A stretch of 64,000 nucleotides of DNA from Podarcis cretensis. Its lineage: Eukaryota. The stretch is taken from the NCBI GenBank assembly GCA_951804945.1, contig OX638159.1:61814001-61878000 (forward strand), in the 5' to 3' direction. A model generated the notes under the pieces. That model was not told the DNA's origin and did not search any database. It was given only the letters and a program-made list of their open reading frames with translations. How positions within the stretch are numbered: position 1 is the first letter of the stretch; each line of letters opens with the position of its first letter. Positions 63,446 through 64,000 of the stretch are shown here, in pieces. A program made the position numbers and the translations under genes.

Positions 63446-64000
63446 TACTCACTTGCCAAGCTGTACGTAGACTATGAACTCCAACAACCATCTCTTTCCT
63501 TCCTCCTCCTTCTTCTTTGATAATTTTTATCAAAGATTTTATTGGGTTAAAAAAGTACGTGGACCTAAGGTGGGCATGCCCAGCAATGGCTATTAGGTAT
63601 TCTATCTCCAGTTTGAGTAGCAACATGTCTCAATAGCATCAAAAAAGGGATATTGCCCCCTCCCTCTGCCGCTTGCCGACTTCCCAAAGCTGTCTGGTTG
63701 GCCACTGTGTGAAACTGGATGCTGGACTAGATAGGGCTTTGGTCTGATCCATCAGGGTTCTCCTCACATTCTGAAGCACTACCTCTGCCGCACTGTTAAA
63801 GGTCAGGAGGCAACTGGGTCTGCTTTGGTATGGTTTGAAACTCAGTCCCTCTCTCTCAGAATAGGCAGAGCTATTGTGCTTCCTCTTCCATGAAACAGGC
63901 TTGAAATGAGCAGTTCCTCTTCCTATACCATTCATATAAGAAGAGCTCTGCTGGATCAGAAAATGGGCCTATAAAAATCCAGTGTCCAATTCCCACATTG

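Larger units (their letters stand above)
2585..64000 (+). other. CELF4: CELF4 intron 1 (continues past the window end)
   Basis: Starts with GT at 2585. The expected next exon (CAFLTYCERESALKAQ...) was not seen by eye or in the ORF track; the sequence is repeat-rich and non-coding. Confidence 0.75.

Noticed and set aside
2585-64000. The many 60-140 aa ORFs in the track as novel genes
   Set aside because: They are low-complexity microsatellite translations, SINE/MITE read-throughs or broken LINE ends; none shows a cellular domain I recognise.

Overview
Vertebrate genomic DNA from a squamate reptile, most likely a lacertid lizard; this is inferred from abundant Sauria-type SINEs plus BovB, L2, CR1 and Penelope relics. 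The window holds the promoter, 5'UTR and first coding exon of the neuronal RNA-binding protein gene CELF4 (BRUNOL4) on the + strand: CDS 2305-2584, phase-1 GT donor at 2585. The remaining ~61 kb is its first intron; I did not see exon 2. The intron is a mosaic of SINEs, 5'-truncated LINE ends, hAT and Tc1/mariner-type MITEs, microsatellites and unique islands that look like conserved enhancers. I see no evidence of a new multi-gene system. The most interesting signals are: (1) minimal hammerhead ribozyme motifs in Penelope-like insertions (one intact, one G12-mutated, one decayed); (2) a long-spacer non-canonical RE1/NRSE ~270 bp into intron 1; (3) a pair of inverted SINE dimers in which the left dimer contains the target-site duplication (TSD) of the right locus, implying ectopic gene conversion and a ~420 bp intronic dsRNA; (4) reciprocal SINE/MITE nesting that orders transposon waves; (5) a perfect MEF2 site abutting a half-CRE in the promoter, and a UG-rich, uORF-containing leader. 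Repeat family names come from recognition, not from a database search.
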